A stretch of DNA of 40,079 bases from an uncultured virus (IMG/VR IMGVR_UViG_3300022555_003212) (IMGVR_UViG_3300022555_003212); one strand, 5' to 3'; shown: positions 1-9,340, numbered from the stretch's first letter. Translations and numbers: made by a program. Notes: generated from the letters alone by a model not told the origin.

Positions 1-65
1 TTTTTGCGCCAGCATTTAACTGTACAATCTTTATAATTTTCACAAATGAATAAATATTTATCCAT
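1..65 (-). CDS. Hypothetical protein, N-terminal part only (runs off window)
   Basis: ATG at 65 overlapping the stop of the 58-417 gene; open to the window edge (MDNIYSFVKIIKIVQLNAGAK...). Confidence 0.45.
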   Translation of the reverse strand, partial: MDKYLFICENYKDCTVKCWRK

Positions 66-417
66 TATCCCTGAATAATTTTTTAAGCTTCATTGATCGT
101 TCCATCCGTATATTTCTGAATCTGCGTTTGTCAAACCACCCGCCAGTGTATCCGATCATTATATGCTGGTCTGATATTGCGGTAACAGTATATTCATGTT
201 TTTCTTTCAATGACGGAGAAAATGAACTTGATGTACCTTCATAACAAATTTTGGAGAATATTTCTCTGTCTTTCACGGAAAATGATCGATATTCACCGTC
301 ATCACACATGACCCAACAAGTATATCCCTCAATCTTAACTATACTGTATGCCTTTCCAACGGTAAAGTATGGTTTTGGGGCTTTAATGCATTTAATTCTA
401 TCTTTTGTGTTGTACAT
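58..417 (-). CDS. Small SH3/KOW-like beta protein with C-terminal RxxKLxxL tag
   Basis: KCIK...FTVGKAYSIV...DDG pattern; ends RSMKLKKL-FRDNG. Confidence 0.75.
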   Translation of the reverse strand: MYNTKDRIKCIKAPKPYFTVGKAYSIVKIEGYTCWVMCDDGEYRSFSVKDREIFSKICYEGTSSSFSPSLKEKHEYTVTAISDQHIMIGYTGGWFDKRRFRNIRMERSMKLKKLFRDNG

Positions 418-640
418 TATTTTTTATTCGTTTAAGTTTTTCTATTCGTGTAATATCTTTAAAATGAAACAATGCCTTATTAAGATTAACTTCTGAAAAG
501 TGTATAATAACCCCAGAATCGTCAAGAAAGTAATAAATTCCTTTATCAATTTTTGTGATAATATACATCCTACCAACAGTTATTCTGTGTTGATCTTTTA
601 TAGGCTTGATATATTTTATTACTGACCCAACCGTGAACAT
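398..640 (-). CDS. Small SH3/KOW-like protein with RxxKLxxI tag
   Basis: FTVGSVIKY...ITVGRMYII...DDSG; RIEKLKRI near C-terminus. Confidence 0.75.
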   Translation of the reverse strand: MFTVGSVIKYIKPIKDQHRITVGRMYIITKIDKGIYYFLDDSGVIIHFSEVNLNKALFHFKDITRIEKLKRIKNNVQHKR

Positions 641-876
641 ATTTTTTTAAGTTTTTCTCTTCTTGTTGTTTTAACACATTCAAAATATTTATCAACATTA
701 TCGAATTGAACTGCCCTTTTTTGTCCATCATCAGCAATCGCCCAATATGCGCCAGAATGAATATCTACAATCGGATATAGTCTATTTAATGATGTTAGAT
801 AATTAGGTCCATCGTCCATATCTAAGTATACACATCTTAAAACATCTCCAACTTTATATTTTGGTACAGGAGTCAT
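619..876 (-). CDS. Small SH3/KOW-like protein with RxxKLxxI tag
   Basis: YKVGDVLRCV...LYPIV...ADDG; RREKLKKI. Confidence 0.75.
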   Translation of the reverse strand: MTPVPKYKVGDVLRCVYLDMDDGPNYLTSLNRLYPIVDIHSGAYWAIADDGQKRAVQFDNVDKYFECVKTTRREKLKKICSRLGQ

Positions 877-1144
877 TTAGCATTTTTAATTTTAATTTTC
901 TGATTCCATTTTTTGAACAATCAAAATAATTATAGATATTCGGCAAATTCTTTTTTCCGCCCACCGTGGTAAATCTTTGAGATGAACGATGATCACCTAA
1001 TATTGTATAATAAGTTTCTTTCCACCCTTTATACCACGTAAACACTTCATAAACTTCACCTTTTGTAAAATGTGGATATGACCATGATCGTTTGAGTGAT
1101 TTTTTACAAAGCAGCACTTTTGTATTTAATGGGTTCATTTCCAT
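854..1144 (-). CDS. Small SH3/KOW-like protein with RxxKLxxL tag
   Basis: LLCKKS...FTKGEVYEV; RKLKLKML. Confidence 0.75.
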   Translation of the reverse strand: MEMNPLNTKVLLCKKSLKRSWSYPHFTKGEVYEVFTWYKGWKETYYTILGDHRSSQRFTTVGGKKNLPNIYNYFDCSKNGIRKLKLKMLNDSCTKI

Positions 1145-1311
1145 ATTTGCCTGAGTTTTTTCTTACGATCATTACGAACTTCTTGAGCATTAGATATCTT
1201 TCTTGCTGAATCTTTGAGTTTTTCATACTGCTGTTCACTTAGAACCATATATCCATTCTTATTTGTTTTTAAATCAAATACCTGAATATTATAAACTTTT
1301 TTAGGACCCAT
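1135..1311 (-). CDS. 58-aa hypothetical protein with RxxKLxxI tag (not in ORF track)
   Basis: Hand translation MGPKKVYNIQVFDL...RKKKLRQIWK*; fills the gap and overlaps both neighbours. Confidence 0.7.
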   Translation of the reverse strand: MGPKKVYNIQVFDLKTNKNGYMVLSEQQYEKLKDSARKISNAQEVRNDRKKKLRQIWK

Positions 1312-1645
1312 TATGTGTTATTTTTTTAAGTTTCATTTTCCGTATAGCGACATCAGTTTCAAACCACAGGCAAATACCACAACCATCGATTAGATCATGC
1401 TCTTGATTGAAGTTGTCCGTAATAAAAGCAGTCCATCCGACAACATTCCTTGCTTTATAAAGTTGCTTTGGAAAAACACGATATTTTTTACCTACCGTAT
1501 GACGTGGTCCGACATCTTTATCAAATGTTCCACCAATCCGATCATTCATAAAGTTAGCCCTAATACAAACCAATTGTTTAATTTTACCTTCTATAATAAG
1601 ATTAATCAACTCATGATCTCTCACTTGAATTTCACTTTCTTTCAT
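1301..1645 (-). CDS. SH3/KOW-like protein with RxxKLxxI tag
   Basis: LVCIRA...HTVGKKYRV; RKMKLKKI. Confidence 0.75.
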   Translation of the reverse strand: MKESEIQVRDHELINLIIEGKIKQLVCIRANFMNDRIGGTFDKDVGPRHTVGKKYRVFPKQLYKARNVVGWTAFITDNFNQEHDLIDGCGICLWFETDVAIRKMKLKKITHNGS

Positions 1646-2069
1646 CTAATTTTTTAAGCTTATCCTTTCTTAAACGTATTATGACACCTTTCATAAACGT
1701 GTAAATTTCGCCAACATATTTTTGCTCAGCCATATCATAGTTATCTGGTAAGTTGTCTACAAAATGGATAAAATGTTTATAAACAACTTCATGATCTTTT
1801 ATCCCATATCGGCAATAAATATCCAGCATAACTGGTAAATACCCGCTGTTTTTCAAATCTAATTTAATATGCCTTATTCTTTCTGCTGTGGTTATAATAG
1901 GGGTTGTGTTCAAATGATCATCGCAAGGAAAGCTATATGTAACAATCAATCTTTCAGCATATACTGCGATTTCTTCATCTGTTGGTAAAACCTTTCGATT
2001 CGAATCTTTTAAAATATCGATAATTGGCTGCCATTTTTTTAATACAAGTTCTTTTAACTCATCTACCAT
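1632..2069 (-). CDS. Hypothetical protein with RxxKLxxL tag
   Basis: Overlapping operon gene; ends RKDKLKKL-DERK. Confidence 0.7.
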   Translation of the reverse strand: MVDELKELVLKKWQPIIDILKDSNRKVLPTDEEIAVYAERLIVTYSFPCDDHLNTTPIITTAERIRHIKLDLKNSGYLPVMLDIYCRYGIKDHEVVYKHFIHFVDNLPDNYDMAEQKYVGEIYTFMKGVIIRLRKDKLKKLDERK

Positions 2070-2280
2070 TTGGCTTAATGTTAGTATTATTTAATTGTGA
2101 AAAGATTGTATTGAATTGATTTCTGTTAAAATTTGTTTCACCATATTGACCTTGAACTATATAAGATTTAATCTTTGTGCTATAATTGTAAATTTTATTA
2201 ACTTCAAATTGACCATAGTCAACTTTGCATATTACTCTATCCATTAATTTCGTATTATTTTTTGAGCTTAAGCTCTTCAT
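2059..2280 (-). CDS. Small SH3/KOW-like protein (no tag)
   Basis: VICKVDYGQFEVNKIY; paralog-like to neighbours. Confidence 0.6.
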   Translation of the reverse strand: MKSLSSKNNTKLMDRVICKVDYGQFEVNKIYNYSTKIKSYIVQGQYGETNFNRNQFNTIFSQLNNTNIKPNGR

Positions 2281-2530
2281 TATTCTTTTCGATTTCTCGT
2301 AATTTCTTCTTTCTGTTTTTATTAACTGGCATAAAATGATTTTTGAAAAGTGGGCAGTGATGTGATATATCTGACTTTTCTATTTTAAAAAAGAAGCCTT
2401 CGATATAGTAAAGTCCTTCAGACTCAATAAATTCACATTTATATTTTTTACCAACAGTATGAGGAAAATCGTCACCTTTAAAGTCCTTGGGGGCTTTAAT
2501 GCACACCGCTTCTTTAACATTAGTCGTCAT
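2255..2530 (-). CDS. Small SH3/KOW-like protein with RxxKLxxI tag
   Basis: AVCIKAPK...HTVGKKYKC; RKKKLREI. Confidence 0.75.
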   Translation of the reverse strand: MTTNVKEAVCIKAPKDFKGDDFPHTVGKKYKCEFIESEGLYYIEGFFFKIEKSDISHHCPLFKNHFMPVNKNRKKKLREIEKNNEELKLKK

Positions 2531-2555
2531 ACGAGAAAATTTGGAGTTGGTTCAT

Positions 2556-2583
2556 ATTATATTTTAGTTTTAGTTAAAAGTTT
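2556..2583 (-). promoter_or_regulatory. Putative phage promoter AAACTTTT-N14-TATAAT
   Basis: Same boxes and exact 14-nt spacer as at 12520 and 24082; heads the RxxKL operon. Confidence 0.6.
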
Positions 2584-2591
2584 ATCAAAAG

Positions 2592-2599
2592 CAAATGTA
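2592..2599 (-). promoter_or_regulatory. Bacteroidota-type -7 element (TACATTTG)
   Basis: Matches TAnnTTTG, intergenic, oriented toward the 2530 operon. Confidence 0.5.
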
Positions 2600-2614
2600 A
2601 TCAAAAGTTTTCAA

Positions 2615-3022
2615 TTACATATCAAAACAATTAGCTTTCTTTTTGACAAGTATGTTATGCTTTATTTTTTCAATCTCTTCATCTATATTACCAGTAAATC
2701 CATATATTGTTATGGGGGTTGTTATATCCAAGCTTTGCATTTTTTTAAAATTATACTTATCATCAAAGTTAATCATAAATGCAATGTGCGCCCCGATTAT
2801 CTGGAAATCCAGATTTTTAACGTTACCATATTTTATTCTGATTCCATTTAAAAGTTGGCACCTAATATCTTTTCCAACTAACAATTCTAATAAAATGTCA
2901 TTATAGAGTTTAAGTTCTATTTGTTGGACATCATCAGTTTTTGGATTTGGTGAAACTACATCATTCCAAATATCCAGTAAATTTACCTTCTGTTTTGTGC
3001 TATACTTTTTAAAATCAATCAT
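2615..3022 (-). CDS. FDL-array protein, family B (unknown beta-rich domain)
   Basis: MIDFKKYS start; LLVGKDIRC...GNVKNL; ends CFDM. Confidence 0.8.
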   Translation of the reverse strand: MIDFKKYSTKQKVNLLDIWNDVVSPNPKTDDVQQIELKLYNDILLELLVGKDIRCQLLNGIRIKYGNVKNLDFQIIGAHIAFMINFDDKYNFKKMQSLDITTPITIYGFTGNIDEEIEKIKHNILVKKKANCFDM

Positions 3023-3437
3023 AGATCAAAAACTTCACCATGTTTTCTGGCTTTAGTGTCTTTAATAACTTTATTCACACTTGGTAAATCAAGTAAGCGT
3101 ATGCTAATAGGAGTATCTACATATATTTCAAATATTGTCTTACCACTTATAATTTTTCGTTTGTCGGAAAATTCAAAAACAACATATTGAATATTCTCTG
3201 ACCCGCCAAATTTTAAATTAACATGACTAACAGTACCTCGTCTATCACCTTGCCAAACGGTTGATATTTTTATATATTTTCCAATCAGCATCTCCTTTAG
3301 CATTTTTCTAAAAACATTTTATTGAGCTGTGATAACCGATGGAAATTTATATTATCAATGACACTAAGCATTATATCTTTCAGATTAAGCTTAACTGACG
3401 TTGATTTTGTTTCATATAGTTTAAAAGTAGTTATCAT
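3019..3437 (-). pseudogene. FDL-array family B gene split by a 1-nt frameshift
   Basis: ATG at 3437 gives MITTFKLYE...NKMFLEK then stops; the 3019-3303 frame (MLKEMLIGKY...VFDL) continues in the -1 frame across an A-run at ~3303-3307. Confidence 0.65.
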
Positions 3438-3772
3438 AAATCAAATCTTAGTTTTGCCAGTTCAGCATCACTTGCTTCCGTAGCTTTTTTAATGTCTTTA
3501 CCATGGTATAGTATCCGACCAAGTACAGAACTATCAAATCTTGATCTCATAGTATGTGGAATCTCCCAAATTTTTCCCATTTGCCCAACCCAGTTCCAGT
3601 CGAATGAAACCCTAAAAACTTTTTTAATATACATTATTCCAACTTTCTGTTCCCCCATACCAGTTTGAAATGCAACTGTTAAATAATCTCCAGCTTCAGG
3701 AAATATACCACTATCTTGGTAGCTTTTCTCATCATCTTCAATTGTTTCAAATAATTGGAATTTTGTTATCAT
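3434..3772 (-). CDS. FDL-array hypothetical protein
   Basis: MITKFQLFE...KLRFDL. Confidence 0.85.
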   Translation of the reverse strand: MITKFQLFETIEDDEKSYQDSGIFPEAGDYLTVAFQTGMGEQKVGIMYIKKVFRVSFDWNWVGQMGKIWEIPHTMRSRFDSSVLGRILYHGKDIKKATEASDAELAKLRFDL

Positions 3773-4224
3773 AGATCAAAACGATTTTGGACCTTTACTT
3801 GCATACCTTTTTTGGTATAATCAAACAGAATATCTTTTAATGATCTCATGTTTTTCTCCTGTGATGATGATGCAGCATCAACCCAGTTCTTTTTAAATGT
3901 TCCACCAGCCCTTGATTTTTCGTGCCCAAATGGTTTTATGACAGATGAAATATTTCCAGGATTAAAAATTGTTCCGACAAAATCTGAATATAATATGGCG
4001 TGTCTTTCACCCTTACCTAATCCTGATTTAACATGACGTTTATCTACCCTTAAATATAACCTTTCAGTTCCAACCAAGTATAAATATGCATCTACATAAT
4101 CAGCATCATCATCCCATGACCAATATGAATAATTAACAGCAATTAATTTTCCATCTGGCACCTCTGGGGCATCCGAAGTGCTTCCCCACACCTCAAAAAT
4201 TCTATATGGTATAATTTTTTTCAT
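3769..4224 (-). CDS. FDL-array hypothetical protein
   Basis: MKKIIPYRIFE...QNRFDL. Confidence 0.85.
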   Translation of the reverse strand: MKKIIPYRIFEVWGSTSDAPEVPDGKLIAVNYSYWSWDDDADYVDAYLYLVGTERLYLRVDKRHVKSGLGKGERHAILYSDFVGTIFNPGNISSVIKPFGHEKSRAGGTFKKNWVDAASSSQEKNMRSLKDILFDYTKKGMQVKVQNRFDL

Positions 4225-4228
4225 GTTG

Positions 4229-4237
4229 TATATATTA
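4229..4237 (-). promoter_or_regulatory. Putative late-type promoter TAATATATA
   Basis: Recurrent WWATATATA motif just upstream of an operon-starting ATG. Confidence 0.45.
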
Positions 4238-4239
4238 AT

Positions 4240-4695
4240 TTATAGATCAAATCTTTTTGTCTTGGCATCAATCCTTAATCTACTTAAAAAATCCAGCTTA
4301 CTATTATCATAAACTTTGATGTCATTTGACATATCAACAACGTTATCCTTGCTTACTGAATTTTCAAAATAAATCTTAATCCCACACTCCATAAAATCGG
4401 TTGATGATGAGTAAAATTTAATATCTTTTACAATACCATTTATTGGTGTGCTATTTGTAGGTCTTCCATCAATTGTTAAAGTATTAAAATAAACCATGTG
4501 ATCAATTAAAATAAATCTAAAAATACAATTAATAACATATAGTTTATTTTTTTCTAACCCATTCCCGACAATTTGTCGATGTAGTTCTTGGATTTCAGTA
4601 AGATTATTCAAAATAGTTGTTATAATATTTTTAACATCAAGTAAATAATATTCGCCAAAAGAATCTGAATTTTCAAAATGTTTCAAGTATCTCAT
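4240..4695 (-). CDS. FDL-array protein, family B
   Basis: MRYLKHFEN...INGIVKDIKF...IKVYD...TKRFDL. Confidence 0.85.
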   Translation of the reverse strand: MRYLKHFENSDSFGEYYLLDVKNIITTILNNLTEIQELHRQIVGNGLEKNKLYVINCIFRFILIDHMVYFNTLTIDGRPTNSTPINGIVKDIKFYSSSTDFMECGIKIYFENSVSKDNVVDMSNDIKVYDNSKLDFLSRLRIDAKTKRFDL

Positions 4696-5162
4696 AGATC
4701 AAATCTTTTTGCAATGTTATCCTTCTTTAATTTCTTTATCAAATCATCTATTGAATTATTATGGATTCTTATATCATGATCAGTGTTAACAGTATAAATA
4801 TGTCTGTTAACCATAAATTCTATTTTGGTTTTAAAACTATCCCCCAGCATAAATGATGATGGTGCTCCAACGAAAACCTTTGTTACAATACCTGATACTA
4901 ATGGGCAATTAATAGTAAAGTGCCCATCTTTATGCCATGAGTTAAAATCAACGTTATATCCAACTAATAGTTTATTTAGGAATGTAACAAATATATCATG
5001 TTCTGTATGCGTACTTCCACCATATGATGTTTTATATCCAACAGATTTTAATACATTATGCAAGTCATCATAATTTGTATTACAATACTTCCACAATAGT
5101 TTTATATTAAGGCTATAACTGCCGACACCATTCATATATTCATATGTTTTTAAATACCTCAT
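4692..5162 (-). CDS. FDL-array protein, family B
   Basis: MRYLKTYE...LLVGYNVDF...VSGIVTKV...AKRFDL. Confidence 0.85.
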   Translation of the reverse strand: MRYLKTYEYMNGVGSYSLNIKLLWKYCNTNYDDLHNVLKSVGYKTSYGGSTHTEHDIFVTFLNKLLVGYNVDFNSWHKDGHFTINCPLVSGIVTKVFVGAPSSFMLGDSFKTKIEFMVNRHIYTVNTDHDIRIHNNSIDDLIKKLKKDNIAKRFDL

Positions 5163-5665
5163 AAATCGAATCTTGAAAATTTAATATCTTTTTTTATTTG
5201 CTCAAGCACAATTTTTAATTTATCTATATATCCCCCAAGGGTAACAGAATCTTTTAAACTATCCCGAATTATTTCTTCAAATTTATCAACCCAGACTGCA
5301 TAACTATCTGAATTATTCATATCGTCATCACCCCAATCTTGACTTCCTAATGCTAATTTATATAATTTACTAATAATGAATGATAATGACATTATTTTTA
5401 ATATTCTGTCATTATCTGATAGTTTTAATGCTCTAACCTTTTCATTATTTTCATTTGGAGTATCCAATAAAAACGCAGCACCTGATGCTACACTACAATT
5501 TATAACTCTATCACTATGCAGTTTATGAATATGAAATACTAAACTTTCGTCAAATTTTCTAAGTATTTTAACTTTACCAAAATCGAATAGATATGATGTA
5601 TACGCAGATTTAGGTGACGAAATCCAAGATGAATCAGCTTCATTATATTTTACAATTTTTGTCAT
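5159..5665 (-). CDS. FDL-array protein, family C (paralog of 16872-17501)
   Basis: MTKIVKYNE...DSVTLGGYIDKLK...SRFDL. Confidence 0.85.
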   Translation of the reverse strand: MTKIVKYNEADSSWISSPKSAYTSYLFDFGKVKILRKFDESLVFHIHKLHSDRVINCSVASGAAFLLDTPNENNEKVRALKLSDNDRILKIMSLSFIISKLYKLALGSQDWGDDDMNNSDSYAVWVDKFEEIIRDSLKDSVTLGGYIDKLKIVLEQIKKDIKFSRFDL

Positions 5666-6081
5666 AGATCAAATCTTTTTTCCCTACCAATATTTATTTC
5701 TTCAATTTGATATTTAGGATACTTTTCTTTTATTTCATCAATAAGATTATCTATATTGTTATAATCACAATAAAAAACGATCATTTCCCGATCATTTGGT
5801 TCATCGTATTGCGTATGCGTAAATTTACTTGTTTTTAGAATCATTTCCAGCGCATGAAAATTTGACGGCTCATCATATAGTCGTATTTCTACATTTCCGC
5901 CAAATCTATAAAACATTATATCTGAATTGCCTCTGGTGATATTTAAATACCGCAATCCAGTTTTTTCTCCTTTTCTAACTGTAATAGACCCATCGCAAAA
6001 ATCCCGTATAGTATTTGTTAATTTAAGAAATACTATATTTCGTTGCTGTACATCTTTCCATGATTCGAAAATAGTTATCAT
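5662..6081 (-). CDS. FDL-array hypothetical protein
   Basis: MITIFES...EKRFDL. Confidence 0.85.
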   Translation of the reverse strand: MITIFESWKDVQQRNIVFLKLTNTIRDFCDGSITVRKGEKTGLRYLNITRGNSDIMFYRFGGNVEIRLYDEPSNFHALEMILKTSKFTHTQYDEPNDREMIVFYCDYNNIDNLIDEIKEKYPKYQIEEINIGREKRFDL

Positions 6082-7163
6082 TTGGTTGGAATTACGTTGT
6101 CTGAATCTTGTTTAGGAGGGAGACCAACTAAACCTCTCAAATTGTTTTCAAAGCCTTTTTTATCAAAATTTTCTTCTTTTTCAATTATTTTAAATCTTTT
6201 AGAATTCCACCAAACTTTCTCTGGGTCTTCTTCTAATTCATAAAAAGTTAACGTACCATTTTCCTCTAAATTTGTAACTGTATACTGATCACCTTCTTTA
6301 ATTTTCCAATCAGTCTCAGTCTTTATTCCCAAGTCATTAATACATTCAACTGTTTCACCAACTTCAGCAATTAGTTTATTTTTGGCAGCAAATCTATGCT
6401 TAAAGAAAAGTCCATGCTTGGCTATATCCTGTTCCATTTTAGTACGTGGACCTGAATCGTGTGTTTGAAAATAAATCCCTTCAATTTTCTGGAATGATCC
6501 ATTAAGTATATCAAGTCTTGGATCGTACATTTCATCACTCTTATCATCTTCTTCAAATGCTTTCATGAGTGCGTCATACCATTTATTCATAAAAGATTCA
6601 CATTTTCCAACCCACATAGCTTTTTGTTTCATTTTACCAGGTTTTTCTGGGTCTGGTATAGGTACATTTATTACTTCAACATCAAGTTCTTCTTTATGAT
6701 ATGTAAGAAGTAATTTAATAATAATAGTTGAATTGAATATATCGGATTTTATTTTACTTGATGTAGCCTTAATTATTTTATCTAATTCAATATCTGTTAA
6801 AGGTACCTCAGATAATAACCTTTCTTGAAAAGGTGATTTAAAATCAATAGATGCTAAATAATCACGCATCGGTTGAGCCTTATCTTCTTCTTGTGGCTTA
6901 TTTGTATCTGTTACCCAATCTACGATATCATCCATTGGAGCTTCTTCTTTGCTCATTTCTGAGAATTTTAGCATAGCTTCATCCCAAAGGTTACGCCATG
7001 GTGGGTGCTGAATATATGAGTGGCTATCTTTGATCTTTTGAAACGCAGCCGTTATTTTATCAAAATCTTTAAGTGCAAATATTTCATCGATCTTTGCTGA
7101 AAGCTCACGTGGGGTCATTCTTTTCCAAGGTTCTTCATCTTCAAAAAATTTAAGGTATTTCAT
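6078..7163 (-). CDS. N-tagged 361-aa protein with C-terminal SH3-like domain, no FDL tail
   Basis: MKYLKFFED start; C-terminal VECIND...ELEEDPEKVWWNSKRF is homologous to 7694-7963. Confidence 0.85.
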   Translation of the reverse strand: MKYLKFFEDEEPWKRMTPRELSAKIDEIFALKDFDKITAAFQKIKDSHSYIQHPPWRNLWDEAMLKFSEMSKEEAPMDDIVDWVTDTNKPQEEDKAQPMRDYLASIDFKSPFQERLLSEVPLTDIELDKIIKATSSKIKSDIFNSTIIIKLLLTYHKEELDVEVINVPIPDPEKPGKMKQKAMWVGKCESFMNKWYDALMKAFEEDDKSDEMYDPRLDILNGSFQKIEGIYFQTHDSGPRTKMEQDIAKHGLFFKHRFAAKNKLIAEVGETVECINDLGIKTETDWKIKEGDQYTVTNLEENGTLTFYELEEDPEKVWWNSKRFKIIEKEENFDKKGFENNLRGLVGLPPKQDSDNVIPTK

Positions 7164-7182
7164 TTTACTGAATTGTTTTTTG

Positions 7183-7192
7183 TATATATTTA
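7183..7192 (-). promoter_or_regulatory. Putative late-type promoter TAAATATATA
   Basis: WWATATATA motif upstream of ATG 7163. Confidence 0.45.
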
Positions 7193-7194
7193 TT

Positions 7195-7230
7195 TTATAG
7201 ATCGAATCTTGATCCTTTAAGATACTTCAT
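7195..7230 (-). other. Tag-only mini-ORF MKYLKGSRFDL (11 aa)
   Basis: ATG AAG TAT CTT AAA GGA TCA AGA TTC GAT CTA TAA; ATG overlaps the preceding FDL stop. Confidence 0.75.
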
Positions 7231-7697
7231 AAATCAAATCGTGATCATTTTTTATTAACCAGAAAACCTTTCTGATTCATCTTATAAAATTTTGCAACAT
7301 CAAGCATGGATAAATACAATGTAACACTATTGTTTAATAGATAATTAATTCCAAGGCTTGATGCATAACGATATAAATCTTGTGCAAAAGTACGAGCATC
7401 ATCAGAAACGGGGTATATATTAAGTATAATCAAATCTTGATAATACATTTTATCTTTTTCTTTATATGTTAGTGTAATACTAAGTGCGGTTTTAGAATCA
7501 TCCACAAATTCAAGAAATGATGCACTCCAATCCATATGATTATCATTATCGAATCCGATATATGAAGATAACGTTGTATATCCATTCACAGATTCTACAA
7601 AGTTTGATATGAACTCACCAAGCTTTAGAAGAATATCTTCTTTTGAACTATTGAAAAATCCAATTGATTTATCTTCATATGTTTTCAAATATTTCAT
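7227..7697 (-). CDS. FDL-array protein with premature TGA five codons before the FDL end
   Basis: MKYLKTYED...VNKK*SRFDL*; in-frame TGA at 7245-7247 (track ORF 7245-7697). Confidence 0.75.
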
Positions 7698-7963
7698 AAG
7701 TCAAATTTTTTCATTGCTTCAATTTTATTCACTGTAAATCTTGAAGCTCTCCACCATGTTTTATCTGGGTCTTCTTCAAGTTTATAGTATATTGTCATAT
7801 CATCAAGAACATCAATAACACTATACTCATCACCAATAATAAGTTTCCAATGTGTACCAATTTTATCACCATCGTTAACACAAATGACTTTATCCCCAGC
7901 ATTAGCAAGTTTAGTATAATCAATATATTTTGATTTACCTTCGTATGTTTTTAGATATTTCAT
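7694..7963 (-). CDS. FDL-array SH3/KOW-like protein
   Basis: MKYLKTYEG...GDKVICVND...IGDEYSV...KKFDL. Confidence 0.85.
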   Translation of the reverse strand: MKYLKTYEGKSKYIDYTKLANAGDKVICVNDGDKIGTHWKLIIGDEYSVIDVLDDMTIYYKLEEDPDKTWWRASRFTVNKIEAMKKFDL

Positions 7964-8061
7964 AAGTCGAATCTATCTTCCAATTTTTGTTTTTTTATTT
8001 CTTCAAGTGTTTTTTTAGATTTTGTAAATCTCCACGCTCCATATTTAAAGGCTTTAAGCAC
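7960..8061 (-). pseudogene. C-terminal remnant of an FDL gene (33 codons)
   Basis: VLKAFKYGAWRFTKSKKTLEEIKKQKLEDRFDL*; no N-tag and no in-frame ATG. Confidence 0.55.
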
Positions 8062-8065
8062 ATAT

Positions 8066-8075
8066 TATATATAAA
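8066..8075 (-). promoter_or_regulatory. Putative late-type promoter TTTATATATA
   Basis: WWATATATA motif at the head of a sub-array. Confidence 0.4.
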
Positions 8076-8210
8076 TTTTCAAATGGTCAGAAATTTTATT
8101 TATATTGCACCAACGCTCGCCCCAGAGGGACGAGGAATTCTTTACCATTAAAAACGGATACAGTATACATAAAAGTAATGTTCGCAGCGTGATAGGTCTA
8201 AAAATGGCAC

Positions 8211-8876
8211 CTACAGGTCAAATCGCTTATATACTTTATCCTTGGAGATACCATATTCAGATTCCGTGAAAGAATGTATTATAAAAACATTTTTTTGAGA
8301 ATACAGTTCTTTAATTATATTAGAAATGATATTTTTGTTTCTGTCTAATATTTGATCATATAGAGTAAATATGTCATTTAAGTTACTTGGGGTAACCATT
8401 TGATTATTCACAAAATCGTGAATTTTAGTTCCGCCAAAATATTCTTCATAAATTAGCATAGTACTCATATTTGATTTTAGATATAATAACACCGCCTTTA
8501 TCTTCCAATCACTTGCCGTATTATTTGATAATAATGAAGTTGCCCCAGTTGTCTGAATATAAACACTATCAATATATTTTGTTATTTCAAAAATCTTGTC
8601 ATATGATGTCTTATCGATATCATCTGGAATATTTAAAATATATGAACGTTTATTTTTCATACGTAGGTAACCAAAATAAAATTTTGATATTTCAGATCGG
8701 CATATTGCAGCATCAAACCCATCAAGCCCTTTAGTATCTTCTACTCTCCAATCACAATGATATGATGGTAGTTTATATTTTACTGGATAGGACCTGATTT
8801 TTAAAAACATATAATCCCAATCTTTGTAGGTAATATCAACAGATTCAAACAATCTAAAATTTTTCATATATATCAT
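8211..8876 (-). CDS. FDL-array hypothetical protein
   Basis: M(IYM)KNFRLFES...YKRFDL, TAG stop. Confidence 0.85.
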   Translation of the reverse strand: MIYMKNFRLFESVDITYKDWDYMFLKIRSYPVKYKLPSYHCDWRVEDTKGLDGFDAAICRSEISKFYFGYLRMKNKRSYILNIPDDIDKTSYDKIFEITKYIDSVYIQTTGATSLLSNNTASDWKIKAVLLYLKSNMSTMLIYEEYFGGTKIHDFVNNQMVTPSNLNDIFTLYDQILDRNKNIISNIIKELYSQKNVFIIHSFTESEYGISKDKVYKRFDL

Positions 8877-9340
8877 AAGTCAAACTGGGTACCTTTTCTT
8901 TTTGCTTTCATGTTTCTTAATATATCCTTCAATTCTTGTGGAACATCATATATAAATAATTGATCTGTTTTTCTTATAACATAAAGAATTTTATTCCCCA
9001 TTATTAAATCACTTTCTGGTCTGGCACCAACATCATGCAATGCATAAAAAACAATTTCATGTATTACATCATCTACTGTATTTTGGCATTCGGCAAATCT
9101 TTTGGTATCAGATTTTGGTTGATTCGGATCATATCTTTCTTGAACTTTTGTACAACGCCATTTAACACGATTACCAATTAATAATTCCTCTATAAATTCT
9201 ATACATTCCATCGGAGCATCTAACTGTGGCTTTGGAAATTCTGTTGAACGCAATCGTTCAAAAAACCGCCACGCATCATATATCTCATTAAGAGTTACTG
9301 TTAGGCAATTACTATTATGATCTTCAAAAGTCTTTATCAT
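8873..9340 (-). CDS. FDL-array protein, family B
   Basis: MIKTFED...VTLNEIY...LLIGNRVKW...GTQFDL. Confidence 0.85.
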   Translation of the reverse strand: MIKTFEDHNSNCLTVTLNEIYDAWRFFERLRSTEFPKPQLDAPMECIEFIEELLIGNRVKWRCTKVQERYDPNQPKSDTKRFAECQNTVDDVIHEIVFYALHDVGARPESDLIMGNKILYVIRKTDQLFIYDVPQELKDILRNMKAKRKGTQFDL

